Virus record (IMG/VR): IMGVR_UViG_3300000301_000054
DNA length: 27,306 bases
Origin: a virus
Lineage: Duplodnaviria; Heunggongvirae; Uroviricota; Caudoviricetes
Reading direction: 5' to 3' (one strand)
Shown here: piece after piece, positions 18,222 through 27,306 of the stretch
Position numbering within the stretch: position 1 is the first letter of the stretch
Layout: each line of letters starts with the position of its first letter
Made by a program: the position numbers and the translations under genes
The notes under the pieces: generated by a model
Seen by the model: the letters and a program-made list of their open reading frames with translations, nothing else
Told to the model about the DNA's origin: nothing
Databases searched by the model: none

Positions 18222-18418
18222 AAAATCGATTTTAAAGCGTCTGGGAAGGGGTTCTAGTGGATTCTGTAGTGGTGTTCAGGTCTGGGAGTCTCTGATATAA
18301 AACAGCCTGCTTCCGTATATTAATAATTAATATGTAGTTATTTATATATACAGAAGCAGGCTAATTACAGACGCCAGAACAAACTAAGCAGCCTTCTTTG
18401 ATGGTCTTTTTTTCCTGA

Positions 18419-19131
18419 TCACATTCGCAGGATCATANNNNNNNNNNNNNNNNNNNNNNNNNNNNNNNNNNNNNNNNNNNNNNNNNNNNNNNNNNNNNNN
18501 NNNNNNNNNNNNNNNNNNNNNNNNNNNNNNNNNNNNNNNNNNNNNNNNNNNNNNNNNNNNNNNNNNNNNNNNNNNNNNNNNNNNNNNNNNNNNNNNNNGA
18601 GCATACTGCCACCGGGGTTGATGTTTACTTCTACCTGACCCAAATTGACGTCAGGCTCGACAAACGCTACGCGGCCACCAGACAGAATAATCGTCTCATT
18701 CGCACACTCTGTTGCACGCTCATACCACTTTGTATCGAGGGATTGAGGAATTAGCATCACTGTTGTAACTCCGCGAGCCTNNNNNNNNNNNNNNNNNNNN
18801 NNNNNNNNNNNNNNNNNNNNNNNNNNNNNNNNNNNNNNNNNNNNNNNNNNNNNNNNNNNNNNNNNNNNNNATCAATCCAGGGGGAGATTTTGGAGTAGGG
18901 TGGATTGAGGAAGGCAATTGTACCTGGCTGTCCCCATTCAGATTTCAAAGCATCACGCTCAACGCCTATGAAATTAGGCAGCTTCGCATTGTCCTTGTTG
19001 CAGGCAACGTCAACATCAAATGTCACTCCAAGATAACGTTGAATGGCAGAAAACAGCCAGTCAGGTGTTCTCCAGAGGTCACGAAGAGAGTTGTCGCGCT
19101 TTCGCTGTTTGATTTTTTCGGCTGCAATCAT
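18419..19131 (-). CDS. Phage Dam-family N6-adenine DNA methyltransferase (interrupted by N runs 18438..18598 and 18781..18870)
   Basis: WRTPDWLF, DVACNKDNAK and NPPYS match the phage Dam (N-6-adenine methyltransferase) family as recalled. Confidence 0.6.
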
Positions 19132-19314
19132 CTTCTTTCTCGATAGGTAAGTGATTACCTATTTTTGCATTTGATTTTATGTCTGGCAATCAAATAAAAC
19201 GCGCCAGAAATGCAAACGAGAAGCTCTCTGGCGCGTTTTTGTGGTGCTGGATATGTGATTGGCTTACCCAGCACTATAAAGCTCTCTATGGGCTTTATTT
19301 TCAGTAGGGGGACG

Positions 19315-20300
19315 TCATCCAATAGTGTACTCCGCTACAAACTTCTTAACGATCGGTGATTCTTCGTTCAATGTTAGATTTCCACCGTCTCTAACGGCAA
19401 CTCCTGTCGCTGGAAATACAGCCATCATTTGCCCAGCCTGAGTTGACGCAGTGTTAAGCGGATACGGTTTTTCTGGATTGCTCATTAAAGCAATCTTAAT
19501 ACTATTACTTGTAGCCTTCTTTTCTGTGAGAAGGTGTCTCATGGAAATTACCGTGTAAACACTAATGTCTGGACCTCCGCTAAACCAATTAAGAAGGTTT
19601 AATATCTTATCCTTTGCTTTGACAGGCGCGTTTTCGTAAGCGTCTAAGAAAATATCTGTTTCTAAGCCTGCTTTATTGAAAAACGAATCATCTTTATCAC
19701 TTAAAGTAAAACGAGGACCTCTTGCAGTACGCGCTTTTTTATTTGTGTTGCTATCATTTGACTGTTGAACTTTTAATTCATCATTAACATCAACACACTC
19801 TTCAACCTCAATCAATCCCAATTGTTCTGGCTCGTTTTCGGCAGATTCAACACTTTCAGCGTTAATTACGTTTATAGGCTCATGCGCTAACTCCAACTCA
19901 TTTAAAGCAGAGCTGAAATCACNNNNNNNNNNNNNNNNNNNNNNNNNNNNNNNNNNNNNNNNNNNNNNNNNNNNNNNNNNNNNNNNNNNNNNNNNNNNNN
20001 NNNNNNNNNNNTGCTTTTTCTTCATTGAACAGTTCTTCGGCAACATCATCAGAACTCATGGCTACGCCAGCATCGAGGCCGAGCAGCAGATCGTCAATAT
20101 CATCAGTATTTTCAACCTGTGCGGCTTTTTTTACTGGTTCATCAAGTGATTGCAACATGGCTGTCAGCTCGTCCAGATCATCATTTGTCATTACATTTNN
20201 NNNNNNNNNNNNNNNNNNNNNNNNNNNNNNNNNNNNNNNNNNNNNNNNNNNNNNNNNNNNNNNNNNNNNNNNNNNNNNNNNNNNNNTCAACCGAACTCAT
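19315..20300 (-). CDS. Hypothetical highly acidic protein (interrupted by N runs 19923..20011 and 20199..20286)
   Basis: ATG at 20300 with AGGAGA SD; acidic segments on both sides of the gaps. Confidence 0.4.
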
Positions 20301-20460
20301 GTAAGTCTCCTTCTGCTTGGTTACATTTGCGTTTCGATAGCTACATTTTGACTAAACCTATCAGGCGGAAAAGTATTAAATACAGGCAGGAAATGATTGA
20401 AAGGCGGCTGTTCTTTAAAAGAAAGCCTGCTTTAAACTCTCTTTAAAGCAGGCTTTTGTT

Positions 20461-21018
20461 TTACACAATTTCAGAGGGTAATTTAAAAAATCCGTACTTA
20501 TTACGTGCCTTAAAGAAGCATTGCATCATTAAGTTTGTGTCATATAAGGCACTATGTGCTTTGGCATGATCGTATATAAAGCCAAGAGAGAAGGCCAACT
20601 CTTCAAGGCGGGGACGTTTACCGTCTTCTGTGGCCCACAATCCCGATAACATAGTATCTATAACAGGAACTTCTGGCAGTCTTACTCCATACCCTGAAAA
20701 CTCGTGTCGAATAAATGGTATATCAAATGCTTCGCCGTTATGAGCAACCCACACACTACATGCCCCCATATAAGCGCCAATTTCGCTGGCATGATTTGAC
20801 AACAAAGGTTCAGCTGCGAGCTGTTCCAATGAAATGCCATGAACGGCTTGAGCTTTCGGATCTATGTTTCTGCGAGGGTTAAAACGCATCTCCAGACTAT
20901 CAATATGTCTCTGTGTCTCCAGTTCATAGCGGGTAATTGCGATTTCAATAATTTTATGACCAGCAAGGAAATCCAGTCCCGTAGACTCGATATCGATGCC
21001 TGCAACAATCGTTGTCAT
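20461..21018 (-). CDS. DnaQ-like (DEDDh) 3'-5' exonuclease
   Basis: Exo I GIDIESTGL, Exo II VAHNGEAFDIPFI, Exo III HSALYDT. Confidence 0.65.
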   Translation of the reverse strand: MTTIVAGIDIESTGLDFLAGHKIIEIAITRYELETQRHIDSLEMRFNPRRNIDPKAQAVHGISLEQLAAEPLLSNHASEIGAYMGACSVWVAHNGEAFDIPFIRHEFSGYGVRLPEVPVIDTMLSGLWATEDGKRPRLEELAFSLGFIYDHAKAHSALYDTNLMMQCFFKARNKYGFFKLPSEIV

Positions 21019-21027
21019 CAGAACTCC

Positions 21028-21447
21028 TTACAACTTCTTAGCGCCCTTAAGTAGTGCGCTACGTACAAATTGAGCCGCTTTTTTCAAAGTTTCTTCACTG
21101 GTTTCACAGACAATCGGATCTTTCCACTTACCTGACACAGTGTTGAGAATATTGATTTGGTTGCTATCCAGACAAACAGAGATATAAAGCACCGTGCCAC
21201 CAGCCAGCATCAAATGCATAGGAAACAGAGGCTTTTTACTGCCTTCACTGAACTGAGACATGGCGATGTTAATGGCTTCACCCACTTGTGTACCAACAAG
21301 CCCCTGCGCAGTTTCGAATATGGCACGAATAGCCAGACGAGCCTCTCGATCGCTCATAAGCGACCGGGAATGTTCGTCCGCTACACGAATCAAAGCCTCT
21401 GTTGTTTTCCGATCCAGTTCATCTTCAAGCAACATTTCACTAAACAT
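21028..21447 (-). CDS. Hypothetical protein (139 aa)
   Basis: ORF only. Confidence 0.4.
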   Translation of the reverse strand: MFSEMLLEDELDRKTTEALIRVADEHSRSLMSDREARLAIRAIFETAQGLVGTQVGEAINIAMSQFSEGSKKPLFPMHLMLAGGTVLYISVCLDSNQINILNTVSGKWKDPIVCETSEETLKKAAQFVRSALLKGAKKL

Positions 21448-21508
21448 TTTTTATCCTTAACCCATTTTGAGAGTTTTATTGTCGCAATGTCGAAGAGGCG
21501 AACAATTT

Positions 21509-22153
21509 CTAATGAACGGTCACTCGGCCACAGAACCGGTTTTCTATCTTTTCTACAGCGTTATCTAGCATTCTCATCACTGATCTGGCTCTTGCTTCAA
21601 CCGTGCGATATCGGTTGGAAACGACGAAGGTTTGCAGATCTCCCCTTTGCGGATGCAGGTGAATTTTTGTCAGTTCCCCGCACATCAACGCATCAATACG
21701 AGCGACATACAGACGGTCTAATGATGCTCGTTGTGATCGCAAGTAATCTCGCTCTGAGAGAGCGACTCCCGGGCGTAAGCCAGCAATGGCGTTAAAGTTT
21801 GAAATAGCAGTTTTGTGGCAAAACTTTTCGATATCGAGGGCTAACTCAATACACCGATCTTCATTTGTATGGCCGACCAAATCCAACGTGTAGGCCATAA
21901 CATCAGCAGGTGTGCGATCGATAACAAAGCCTTCAACACCACGCGTAAGTAGCTCTATATGCTTTGCTATTTCCATTTGAATCTGAAGCCGCTCATATAG
22001 AGGCATAGAATCACCTACTCGAACACCGAGGCGGCTCATCAAACTTCCGACACCAGCATCCACGTAAGGGATTCCGTAATGTTTGTCGATATATTTAGCC
22101 AGGGTTGTTTTCCCACTGCCCTGAGCACCAGTGATCCCAATCCGGTAATCCAT
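21509..22153 (-). CDS. P-loop nucleotide kinase (putative deoxynucleoside monophosphate kinase)
   Basis: Walker A GITGAQGSGKTT at N-terminus; start overlaps the DHFR stop (TAATG). Confidence 0.5.
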   Translation of the reverse strand: MDYRIGITGAQGSGKTTLAKYIDKHYGIPYVDAGVGSLMSRLGVRVGDSMPLYERLQIQMEIAKHIELLTRGVEGFVIDRTPADVMAYTLDLVGHTNEDRCIELALDIEKFCHKTAISNFNAIAGLRPGVALSERDYLRSQRASLDRLYVARIDALMCGELTKIHLHPQRGDLQTFVVSNRYRTVEARARSVMRMLDNAVEKIENRFCGRVTVH

Positions 22154-22629
22154 TACGACCTTCTGTATACGATCTGCGAAAAGCCAGGCTCTTCCTCGCT
22201 GGCTCGTTGGGTATAAGCTGTTTCAACAGGCACAAAGCCTAAATTACGCATCATGCTTGCCGGGAAGAATGCATCGGCGTTTGGCACATCAACGCCGATG
22301 TGGGAGAGCCAAATCTCTTCAACATGCGGCATGAATAGCGAGTAAATTTGTTCCCCGCCAATCACCCACACAGGCTCTGGTAATCGCAACACATCATCCA
22401 CACCAGCAGGGTAGAATCCATTTGGTACAAAGCCATGAGAGCGCGTCAAAACGAGGTTATGACGCTCTGGAAGAGGGCGTTTGAGACTTTCCATCGTTTT
22501 ACGCCCCATAACGACAGTGGCGTTTTTGGTGAGTCTCTTAAATAGCTTCAGATCGGTAGAACAACGCCAGGGGAGTTCATTCGCTATGCCGATCTCATAG
22601 TTACGGCCAACAGCAGCGATCATCTTCAT
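22153..22629 (-). CDS. folA: Dihydrofolate reductase
   Basis: MKMIAAVGRNYEIG...LPW...DLKLFKRLT...VVMGRKT..S...PLP.R.N.VLTRS...VIGG.QIY aligns with E. coli FolA; GAGGTG SD. Confidence 0.8.
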   Translation of the reverse strand: MKMIAAVGRNYEIGIANELPWRCSTDLKLFKRLTKNATVVMGRKTMESLKRPLPERHNLVLTRSHGFVPNGFYPAGVDDVLRLPEPVWVIGGEQIYSLFMPHVEEIWLSHIGVDVPNADAFFPASMMRNLGFVPVETAYTQRASEEEPGFSQIVYRRS

Positions 22630-22638
22630 TTGCTCACC

Positions 22639-23118
22639 TCATAGATNNNNNNNNNNNNNNNNNNNNNNNNNNNNNNNNNNNNNNNNNNNNNNNNNNNNNN
22701 NNNNNNNNNNNNNNNNNNNNNNNNNNNNNNNTCGATGGTGAGAGTCGGCTAAAGCGGCACGGAGTCGAGGATCGTGCACCAGCGCAGCGATAAGCAGATC
22801 GCCTTTATGCTCCGCTAATGTGCGCTTAATATGCTTCTCATAACTGGTGCCATTCGGTACGAGATGAAGCCAGTCATAATCAACGCCAAAATCTTTCAGC
22901 CATCGTTTAGTTGGCGCTTCAAGAGTTTCAGAGCGGCTACTGATAAGCACCACTTCAGCCCCTGAGCGAGCAAAACCACGCAACATACGGCTGGTGGGGA
23001 AAATGAGTTCATCACCGGCAATGAGCTGGCCTGCATCCGCGTCAGATACTGATTTACGATGGCTGGCATTTGCCAGCACACCTTCAATTTCGCATAAGAC
23101 ATACATACCTCTTGCCAT
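22639..23118 (-). CDS. Putative HAD-fold hydrolase (candidate nucleotidase) with non-canonical E-x-E in place of the D-x-D motif (interrupted by N run 22647..22731)
   Basis: MYVLCEIEGVL resembles HAD motif I but with Glu for Asp; VVLISSRSE is motif-II-like; ATG 1 nt after the ThyA stop. Confidence 0.3.
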   Translation of the reverse strand: MARGMYVLCEIEGVLANASHRKSVSDADAGQLIAGDELIFPTSRMLRGFARSGAEVVLISSRSETLEAPTKRWLKDFGVDYDWLHLVPNGTSYEKHIKRTLAEHKGDLLIAALVHDPRLRAALADSHHRXXXXXXXXXXXXXXXXXXXXXXXXXXXXXL

Positions 23119-23119
23119 A

Positions 23120-24223
23120 TCACACCGCCACTGGAACCTTGATCCACGGTAGAGGGTCATAGCCAAGAATTAAAACCTCGTCCCATTTGAAATCATCCAA
23201 CTCTGACCATTCATGAGGGAAAATAACGACCGGATCTGAATGCTCTGGAGCCTGTCGTTTCATTAGCTCACACACACCTTCCATGTGGTTGTTGTACAAA
23301 TGCACGTCAAAGCCAAAATGCACAAATGCACCGGCCATGTGACCCGTAATCTTCGCGAGAAAATGAGTGAGAATGCCATAGCCAGCAATATTGAATGGCA
23401 TACCAACAAAAGTGTCTACGCTACGCTGTACGAGGCAGGAGTTGAGGATGCGTTTGGGGATTCCAAGTTCATCCAGTTCAGCTTCAGTAACACTGCCGTC
23501 CATCTCCAGATCGTATAGCATCTTGGTGTAGATAGACTCGTAACCGAGGCGACTGTGTTGAAGACCAATGTCAGTTGCCATCGTTAAACGGGTTTCAAAA
23601 TCCAGCTCACGACTCCACAAAGAGAAGACAAAGTGGCAAGGTGGCAGTTTCATATCCTCAAGCTCGCCTACGTTCCATGCGTTAAGCATGATGCGACGAT
23701 CGGTAGGGTTCGTGCGCAGTGTATCGACAATACGCTGTAGCTGATCGATTTCACGGGACAGCACTACGCGATCTTCACTGATACCCAGGTATCCCTCGAC
23801 TTTGTACCCGCGTTCACGGAAAGTAGCGATCTTGCTCAGATATTCACTATGGCTCACGATGCGGGTATCTTCCCATCGACGCCACTGCTTACCGTAAACC
23901 GGCCCCAAATCGCCATTCTCATCGGCCCATGCATCCCAAATCTTAACGCCGTTATCCTTGAGAAATTGGATGTTGCCCGTGCCTTTCAGATACCACTCAA
24001 GTTCGACAAGTAGTGGCTTAAGATTTACCGCCTTTCCAGAAATAAGCGGCACAGTCCCACCAGTAAGCATGTAGTAAGAGGGAACGTAGCAGGTGCTTAA
24101 AGTGCCAGTGCCTGTGCGATCATCAGCCTGCACGCCGCTTTTAAGCACCGTCTCAATAACTTTTGCATACGATGCGTTTGTTACCTGACCGTTCGTATGC
24201 TCTCGATTCAAAAGGAGTGACAC
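23120..24223 (-). CDS. thyA: Thymidylate synthase (ThyA family) with two insertions of about 30 and 45 aa; GTG start
   Basis: DRTGTGT, WADENGDLGPVYGKQWR, RRIMLNAWNVGEL, LPPCH (catalytic Cys), PFNIAGYGILTHF (Asn retained), GYDPLPWIKVPVAV; 367 aa. Confidence 0.8.
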   Translation of the reverse strand: MSLLLNREHTNGQVTNASYAKVIETVLKSGVQADDRTGTGTLSTCYVPSYYMLTGGTVPLISGKAVNLKPLLVELEWYLKGTGNIQFLKDNGVKIWDAWADENGDLGPVYGKQWRRWEDTRIVSHSEYLSKIATFRERGYKVEGYLGISEDRVVLSREIDQLQRIVDTLRTNPTDRRIMLNAWNVGELEDMKLPPCHFVFSLWSRELDFETRLTMATDIGLQHSRLGYESIYTKMLYDLEMDGSVTEAELDELGIPKRILNSCLVQRSVDTFVGMPFNIAGYGILTHFLAKITGHMAGAFVHFGFDVHLYNNHMEGVCELMKRQAPEHSDPVVIFPHEWSELDDFKWDEVLILGYDPLPWIKVPVAV

Positions 24224-24307
24224 AAAAACCTCACAAAGATAAGTAATTACTTATTCATCGTGTGAGTTTACATTCATTGAGAGAACAAGACCAGACAGAT
24301 AAAAAAA

Positions 24308-24327
24308 TGGTGGCCATAGGCCACCAA
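24308..24327 (-). terminator. Hairpin TGGTGGCC-ATAG-GGCCACCA with a U-run on the minus strand, between the MazG-like gene and thyA
   Basis: 8-bp stem; TTTTTTT follows on the minus-strand transcript. Confidence 0.6.
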
Positions 24328-24393
24328 AACGAATAGTCATTCCAGAGTTTTATTACGCATGTTAAATATACACAGATAGATAACTACCTACAA

Positions 24394-25263
24394 TTATTTT
24401 TTGATCATTCCGTACATTGCTGAGGCTTTAGCTTGCTCAACAAAGGAGGATAAATCGACATCACTATAGGTTGGAGACTTCAGAATCTTTCCATCGGAAA
24501 TTCGAAAACCGATCATCTTATCGGTGCCATCAGCATGGCGGAATCCCAGATCTGAAGAGTCGTATTTGCAGTTGGCCACAGCCTGGCGACGTTCCTCAAC
24601 ATCAGCAGGCCATAATTTTGTCATGTTAGACCGATGAATTTCGCCAACCAGCTCGACGACATTGATACCGAGGAAATCAGCCAGTCGATAAGTCATCATG
24701 CACGCCACATAGATTTTGTTCATTACACGGCGCAGTTCCTGAATCAGCTCAGAATCCTTAACAGTCTTCTTCTCAAGTTTATCTGCCAGCTCTTCGAGCA
24801 TACATGACGCCTCACGAGCTTCCTGAAATGGCATTGCCATATCATCGAAAACAGTGTTACCGGGCACAAAAATTGTCTGCATAAAGCGATCAATGCTCTG
24901 TTCCTGCGTGTAATAGGTCATGCCGGTAGAAATACCACCTTTGATGGAGACCATCGTACCAACACCAACGTATAAAAAGTCGGCCATTGCATCCAGCAGT
25001 TGCTCAATATCCCCATTCATTGCGGCTGGAATACCTTCCACTACAGCTTCTTCATGAATCAGGCTTGCACGGAGACGAAGCAGCTCTGGTGTCGGCATAA
25101 CGCGTCTCGGATGCTGGAAGAGTTCATGAAACTGATCGACCATCTTGTAAATACTTTCAGTGGCTACACCATGGCCTTCATGCAACTCATATGGTTCTGG
25201 CTTAAATCCAATGAGTCGATCGGTGGCAAGTTTCAGGTGGTCAGTCAGTTTGGTAAAGTTCAT
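24394..25263 (-). CDS. Putative MazG-like all-alpha nucleotide pyrophosphohydrolase with C-terminal extension
   Basis: LIHEEAVVEG (EExxE-like) followed by DIEQLLDAMADFLYV (E-x-x-D), a motif arrangement resembling MazG/HisE-type NTP-PPases; 289 aa. Confidence 0.4.
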   Translation of the reverse strand: MNFTKLTDHLKLATDRLIGFKPEPYELHEGHGVATESIYKMVDQFHELFQHPRRVMPTPELLRLRASLIHEEAVVEGIPAAMNGDIEQLLDAMADFLYVGVGTMVSIKGGISTGMTYYTQEQSIDRFMQTIFVPGNTVFDDMAMPFQEAREASCMLEELADKLEKKTVKDSELIQELRRVMNKIYVACMMTYRLADFLGINVVELVGEIHRSNMTKLWPADVEERRQAVANCKYDSSDLGFRHADGTDKMIGFRISDGKILKSPTYSDVDLSSFVEQAKASAMYGMIKK

Positions 25264-25340
25264 GCTAGTTTTGTTCCTTCTTAATTCTTGTGATCCATTG
25301 TGGCCCAGCGTTGCCAGGCCACATAATGCTTTGTATCGGT

Positions 25341-26483
25341 TTACAGGTCTGCAAACTGGCTTAGAGAAGCCTTATCCACGGTAGAATCGATCTGACCTAC
25401 CAGATATGTGCTTTGCTCTGCCTCTTGTGGTGCAATTTGCAGTGTGTCGGTTAACAACCACTTGTTCATCCAGACCAGCGGATCTGTGGTAACTTCTGGA
25501 AATAAAGCCTTCAGGCCAAGACGATTCATAGCCAGATTGGTGCGGTATTTTACATAGGTCTTCAGAATATCCGCGTTTAAACCAATCATCGAACCGTCTT
25601 TGAAGAGATAGTCTGCCCAGTTCATTTCTTGTTCGGCGACTGATTTCATGGTGTCGTAAATGACGTTTTCTTCATCAGCAGCAATCTCTTTCCACAATAA
25701 ACCTTCGCGACCGGTACGCATGAAGCGGATCATGCGTTCAGTTCCTTCGCAATGCAGAGCTTCATCACGGGCAATAAAGCGCATAATTTTGGTGTTACCC
25801 TCAAGCAACTTCCGTTCGCCAAAGGCAAACGTACATGCAAAACTTACATAGAAACGGATCGCCTCAAGCGCATTAATGGACACCAACGTGCGGAAAAGCT
25901 GACGATGCAAAGGGTATGGCTCCCAGCCATATTCATTTACGTACAGACGTTCAAACTCCTTCTCACCTAACGACTGGCGCTCGCATGTCATCCCATAAAG
26001 CCTGTCATATTCAGCAGAGATACTGATCGCTCGGTTGATGATTTCTTCATCCGTAACAATACCGTCAAAAACAATACTCGGATCGTCCACCATGCCACGA
26101 ATAATGTGGGTGTAGCTACGGCTATGGATAGTCTCAGAGAAAGACCACGTTTCAACCCACGTTTCCAGTTCAGGAATAGAGATAAGCGGCAGCAGCGTTG
26201 CATTTGGGCTACGTCCCTGAACTGAATCGAGTAACGTTTGATAACGGAGATTGCTCAGAAAAATGTGACGTTCGTGGTCCCGCAGCTTCGTGTTGAAGTC
26301 GATACGATCGCTCGAAATATCAACTTCTTCCGGCCGCCAGAAGAAAGACAATTGACGTTCAATCAACTTTTCAAAATCACGGTATTTTTGCTGATCGTAA
26401 CGTGCCACGTTGACAGATTGTCCGAGGAACATAGGCTCTTTGGTTGCATCATTAGCACCCAAACGGAACGTTGAATATGACAT
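25341..26483 (-). CDS. nrdB: Ribonucleotide reductase class Ia beta subunit
   Basis: [64 protein letters not shown]; diverged from host NrdB (roughly two thirds identity as judged by eye). Confidence 0.9.
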   Translation of the reverse strand: MSYSTFRLGANDATKEPMFLGQSVNVARYDQQKYRDFEKLIERQLSFFWRPEEVDISSDRIDFNTKLRDHERHIFLSNLRYQTLLDSVQGRSPNATLLPLISIPELETWVETWSFSETIHSRSYTHIIRGMVDDPSIVFDGIVTDEEIINRAISISAEYDRLYGMTCERQSLGEKEFERLYVNEYGWEPYPLHRQLFRTLVSINALEAIRFYVSFACTFAFGERKLLEGNTKIMRFIARDEALHCEGTERMIRFMRTGREGLLWKEIAADEENVIYDTMKSVAEQEMNWADYLFKDGSMIGLNADILKTYVKYRTNLAMNRLGLKALFPEVTTDPLVWMNKWLLTDTLQIAPQEAEQSTYLVGQIDSTVDKASLSQFADL

Positions 26484-26516
26484 GTGTTTTTCCTTTTTCT
26501 TTTTTTGGTGCGTTTA

Positions 26517-26527
26517 AACAAGTTGTT
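26517..26527 (-). promoter_or_regulatory. Palindromic leader element AACAA-G-TTGTT upstream of nrdB; GTTTAAACAAG direct repeat at 26513 and 26538
   Basis: Same element family as 2528, 2578, 15079 and 15807. Confidence 0.45.
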
Positions 26528-26566
26528 ATCTTATGTGTTTAAACAAGGCTTACAAATCAAAGAGAA

Positions 26567-26585
26567 GGTGGGGATATCCCCCACC
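26567..26585 (-). terminator. GC hairpin GGTGGGG-ATAT-CCCCACC in the nrdA-nrdB spacer (terminator or attenuator)
   Basis: 7-bp G/C stem immediately downstream of the nrdA stop; U-rich tract follows on the minus strand. Confidence 0.5.
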
Positions 26586-26590
26586 ATATG

Positions 26591-27306
26591 TCAGATTTTG
26601 CAGGCTCCGTCGCACTCATCTTCTGGCTCGACGGCTACAGCTTGCGCCAGTGGATTCTGCGGTTCGTCGTCATCACGCTTTCCTGCACCATCTCTGGTGT
26701 TGTGGTAGTAAAGCGTTTTAACTCCCATCTTGTAGGCGAGAAGCAAATCTGACAGTAGCGTCATCATTGGGACTTTATCGCCTTCAAAGCGAGAAGGGTC
26801 ATAGTTGGTATTGGCTGAAATAGCCTGGTCAAAGAACTTCTGGATGATCGCCACCTTTGTCAGATAGCCGCGGTTGTCCGGCATATCCCACAGGTATTCA
26901 TACTGTTCCTTCAGTTTTTCAAACTCAGGCACGACCATCTTAACGATGCCGTCCTTAGAAGATTTCACCGACACCGGGCCACGAGGCGGTTCGATGCCGT
27001 TGGTGGAATTAGTGATCTGGCTGGAAGTCTCGCATGGCATTTGTGCCGTCAGTGTGGAGTTGCGAAGGCCGTATTTTGCAATACGTTCACGCAGTTCTTC
27101 CCACGGCATCTTTAACTCAAAGTTGGTTTCGCCACTTTCGTCTAATGAAGAACGGTAATGGTCGATCGGCAACTGACCAATTGCGTATTTGGTCTGCTCA
27201 AACCAGTCACACTCACCTTTTGCTTCAGCAAGTCGGCAGCTGGCATCAAGAAGGTAATACTGGATAGCTTCGAACGTTTCATGCACCAGTTTATTGCCAG
27301 CGGTAT
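26591..27306 (-). CDS. nrdA: Ribonucleotide reductase class Ia alpha subunit, C-terminal part (gene continues beyond the window end)
   Basis: LRNSTLTAQMPCETSSQITNSTNGIEPP, QKFFDQAISANTNYDPSRF, KTLYYHNTRDGA and C-terminal ...CDGACKI redox tail. Confidence 0.9.
   Translation of the reverse strand, partial: TAGNKLVHETFEAIQYYLLDASCRLAEAKGECDWFEQTKYAIGQLPIDHYRSSLDESGETNFELKMPWEELRERIAKYGLRNSTLTAQMPCETSSQITNSTNGIEPPRGPVSVKSSKDGIVKMVVPEFEKLKEQYEYLWDMPDNRGYLTKVAIIQKFFDQAISANTNYDPSRFEGDKVPMMTLLSDLLLAYKMGVKTLYYHNTRDGAGKRDDDEPQNPLAQAVAVEPEDECDGACKI

Noticed and set aside
18337-18344. TATAAATA (minus strand), resembling a T4-type late promoter
   Set aside because: Lies in an AT-only tract where such octamers are expected; composition and gene content do not otherwise indicate a T4-like phage.
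1-27306. CRISPR array, integrase or recombinase, rRNA
   Set aside because: No regularly spaced identical repeats with unique spacers, no tyrosine or serine recombinase motifs in any ORF, and no rRNA-like conserved segments were seen.

Overview
27.3-kb window containing 17 runs of N (61-207 nt each). These runs are not length-preserving: in apbC about 6 and 18 codons are replaced by 102 and 127 N, so any gene crossing a gap changes frame in the ORF track. Core: a divergent pair of Escherichia-type housekeeping genes, metG (2676..4709, minus) and apbC/mrp (4867..6126, plus). Left flank (1..2675): a GT-rich repetitive non-coding block with a 31-bp tandem repeat, then a minus-strand accessory module of two small proteins and a 4-TM membrane protein. 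Right flank (6127..27306): an SOS-box-controlled orphan UmuD'-like gene, then about 20 kb of densely packed, co-directional (minus-strand) phage-type genes, many with overlapping stop/start codons. These include Ea22-like and DUF551-like early proteins, two N6-adenine methyltransferases, an AT-rich moron, a TerB-like protein among small membrane/secreted proteins, an RnhA-type RNase H, a DnaQ-like exonuclease, and a deoxynucleotide-synthesis module (nrdA, nrdB, MazG-like, ThyA with insertions, HAD-like, DHFR, P-loop kinase). No integrase, tRNA, rRNA or CRISPR array was found. A palindromic leader element (AAAACAA-N-TTGTTTT) recurs immediately upstream of genes on both flanks, the most unexpected structural signal in the window. 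All family assignments are from reading the translations and recalling motifs; no database search was run.
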